Positions 63,283 through 64,000 of a stretch of 64,000 bases of DNA are shown here, piece after piece (the first letter of the stretch is position 1; every line of letters starts with the position of its first letter). The notes beneath the pieces were generated by a model. That model searched no databases, had not been told where the DNA came from, and saw only the letters and a list, made by a program, of their open reading frames with translations. The stretch is taken from assembly GCA_964503775.1 (NCBI GenBank), contig CAZDBS010000002.1, positions 3,542-67,541 of the forward strand, given 5' to 3'. Both the position numbers and the translations under genes were made by a program. Source of the stretch: an uncultured Candidatus Saccharibacteria bacterium (lineage in GTDB: Bacteria; Patescibacteriota; Saccharimonadia; Saccharimonadales; CAZDBS01).

Positions 63283-64000
63283 TGAGACTATTTCATAACA
63301 CATCAATGCGTTACAAATACCTCTGTATTGCATTTGTTGGTTTACTTACATTTATCTTTGTTTCACCAACCCCCAATGTAGCTGCTGTTACTGGAGGTGA
63401 CTTCCAAGCAGGACGTATAATTGACGATTTTGTCTTCTACAATTCACAAACAATGGATATTCAAGCCATCCAGAACTTCTTGAATTCCAAGGTTCCGCAA
63501 TGTGACACAAATGGCGATATCATGTATGGATCAGTTACGCGTCGTGATTATTCCATTGCTCGCGGATACCCACCACCATTCATATGTCTTAAGGACTATC
63601 GTCAAGACGAACCAGCAAAAGCCGCTGAGACGAGTTTGTGTAACGGAATCACGCCCGCCACCAACCGCACAAGCGCAGCAATCATTTACGATATAGCTCA
63701 AAGTTGTGGCATCAATCCTCAGGTTCTACTTGTACTACTTCAAAAGGAACAGATCTTAGTTAGCGATGATTGGCCATGGCCGATTCAATATAGAGGCGCC
63801 ACTGGTTATGGATGCCCCGATACAGCCGCTTGCGATAGCCAGTATTATGGTTTCTTCAACCAAGTCTATAATGCTGCTCGGCAGTTCAAATACTACGCTC
63901 TTAATTCCTCATCATTTAATCATCGACCCAATCGATCCAACTACGTCTTATATAGCCCCTCAGGTAGTTGTGGTGGCTCAGACGTCTTCATACAGAATCA
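63279..64000 (+). CDS. partial secreted protein (possible cell-wall-active enzyme), continues past the window end
   Basis: ATGATG at 63279 overlaps the upstream stop. The open frame runs to the window edge and begins MMRLFHNTSMRYKYLCIAFVGLLTFIF (signal/TM). It then contains Cys-rich blocks with INPQVLLVLLQKEQ and YGFFNQVYNAARQFKYY. It is absent from the ORF track because it is unterminated. Confidence 0.55.
   Translation, partial: MMRLFHNTSMRYKYLCIAFVGLLTFIFVSPTPNVAAVTGGDFQAGRIIDDFVFYNSQTMDIQAIQNFLNSKVPQCDTNGDIMYGSVTRRDYSIARGYPPPFICLKDYRQDEPAKAAETSLCNGITPATNRTSAAIIYDIAQSCGINPQVLLVLLQKEQILVSDDWPWPIQYRGATGYGCPDTAACDSQYYGFFNQVYNAARQFKYYALNSSSFNHRPNRSNYVLYSPSGSCGGSDVFIQN

Noticed and set aside
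1-64000. Possibility of an alternative genetic code (UGA recoding), as in some candidate-phyla bacteria.
   Set aside because: Long uninterrupted ORFs with recognisable full-length homolog architecture terminate at TGA, TAA and TAG alike. ATGA and TGATG overlaps use TGA as a stop. The standard bacterial code fits.

Overview
This 64-kb bacterial window is gene-dense, uses the standard code, and has no rRNA, no complete tRNA and no CRISPR array. The gene content (giant LamG/FN3 surface proteins, Gmad2, MMPL, DsbA and VKOR traces) resembles Patescibacteria/Saccharibacteria or a related monoderm lineage, but I cannot confirm that. It splits into four parts.

**1. Accessory island, ~1-17.8 kb.** It looks slightly AT-richer by eye.
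- A YaaC-like gene.
- A redox/metal cluster: DsbA, an amicyanin-type cupredoxin, a cytochrome bd-type oxidase whose subunit I has an apparent 1-nt frameshift, PAP2, and two CDF transporters.
- A mobile-element core: large serine recombinase, gene-II-like Rep, SpoVG homolog, excisionase-type HTH.
- A translationally coupled 5-gene operon: SDR, Lnu/ANT(2'')-like nucleotidyltransferase, ribokinase-like kinase, and two single-TM orphans.
- An Ltp-type exclusion lipoprotein with an XRE regulator.

**2. Junction zone, 17.4-19.1 kb.** It holds structured RNA-like hairpins, DUF1697, YdeI and a truncated VKOR remnant.

**3. Envelope and stress block, 19-42 kb.**
- A MacB-type ABC pair next to a 2027-aa repeat protein.
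- An Hsp20/PRTase/DUF2795/baeRF-like/dienelactone-hydrolase cluster.
- A GH-A-like hydrolase, an MMPL transporter and a cutinase-headed 1138-aa surface protein.

**4. Glycan locus, 43-62.6 kb.** It encodes an O-antigen-ligase-like protein, WbaP, RfbA, several glycosyltransferases, a lic-like kinase/nucleotidyltransferase module, GtrA, a DPM1-like GT2 and two paralogous GT-C-like proteins.

I cannot prove any of these is a new system. The best candidates for undescribed biology are the coupled 5-gene island operon and the baeRF/PRTase/hydrolase stress cluster. All family assignments come from motif recognition by eye, not from database searches.
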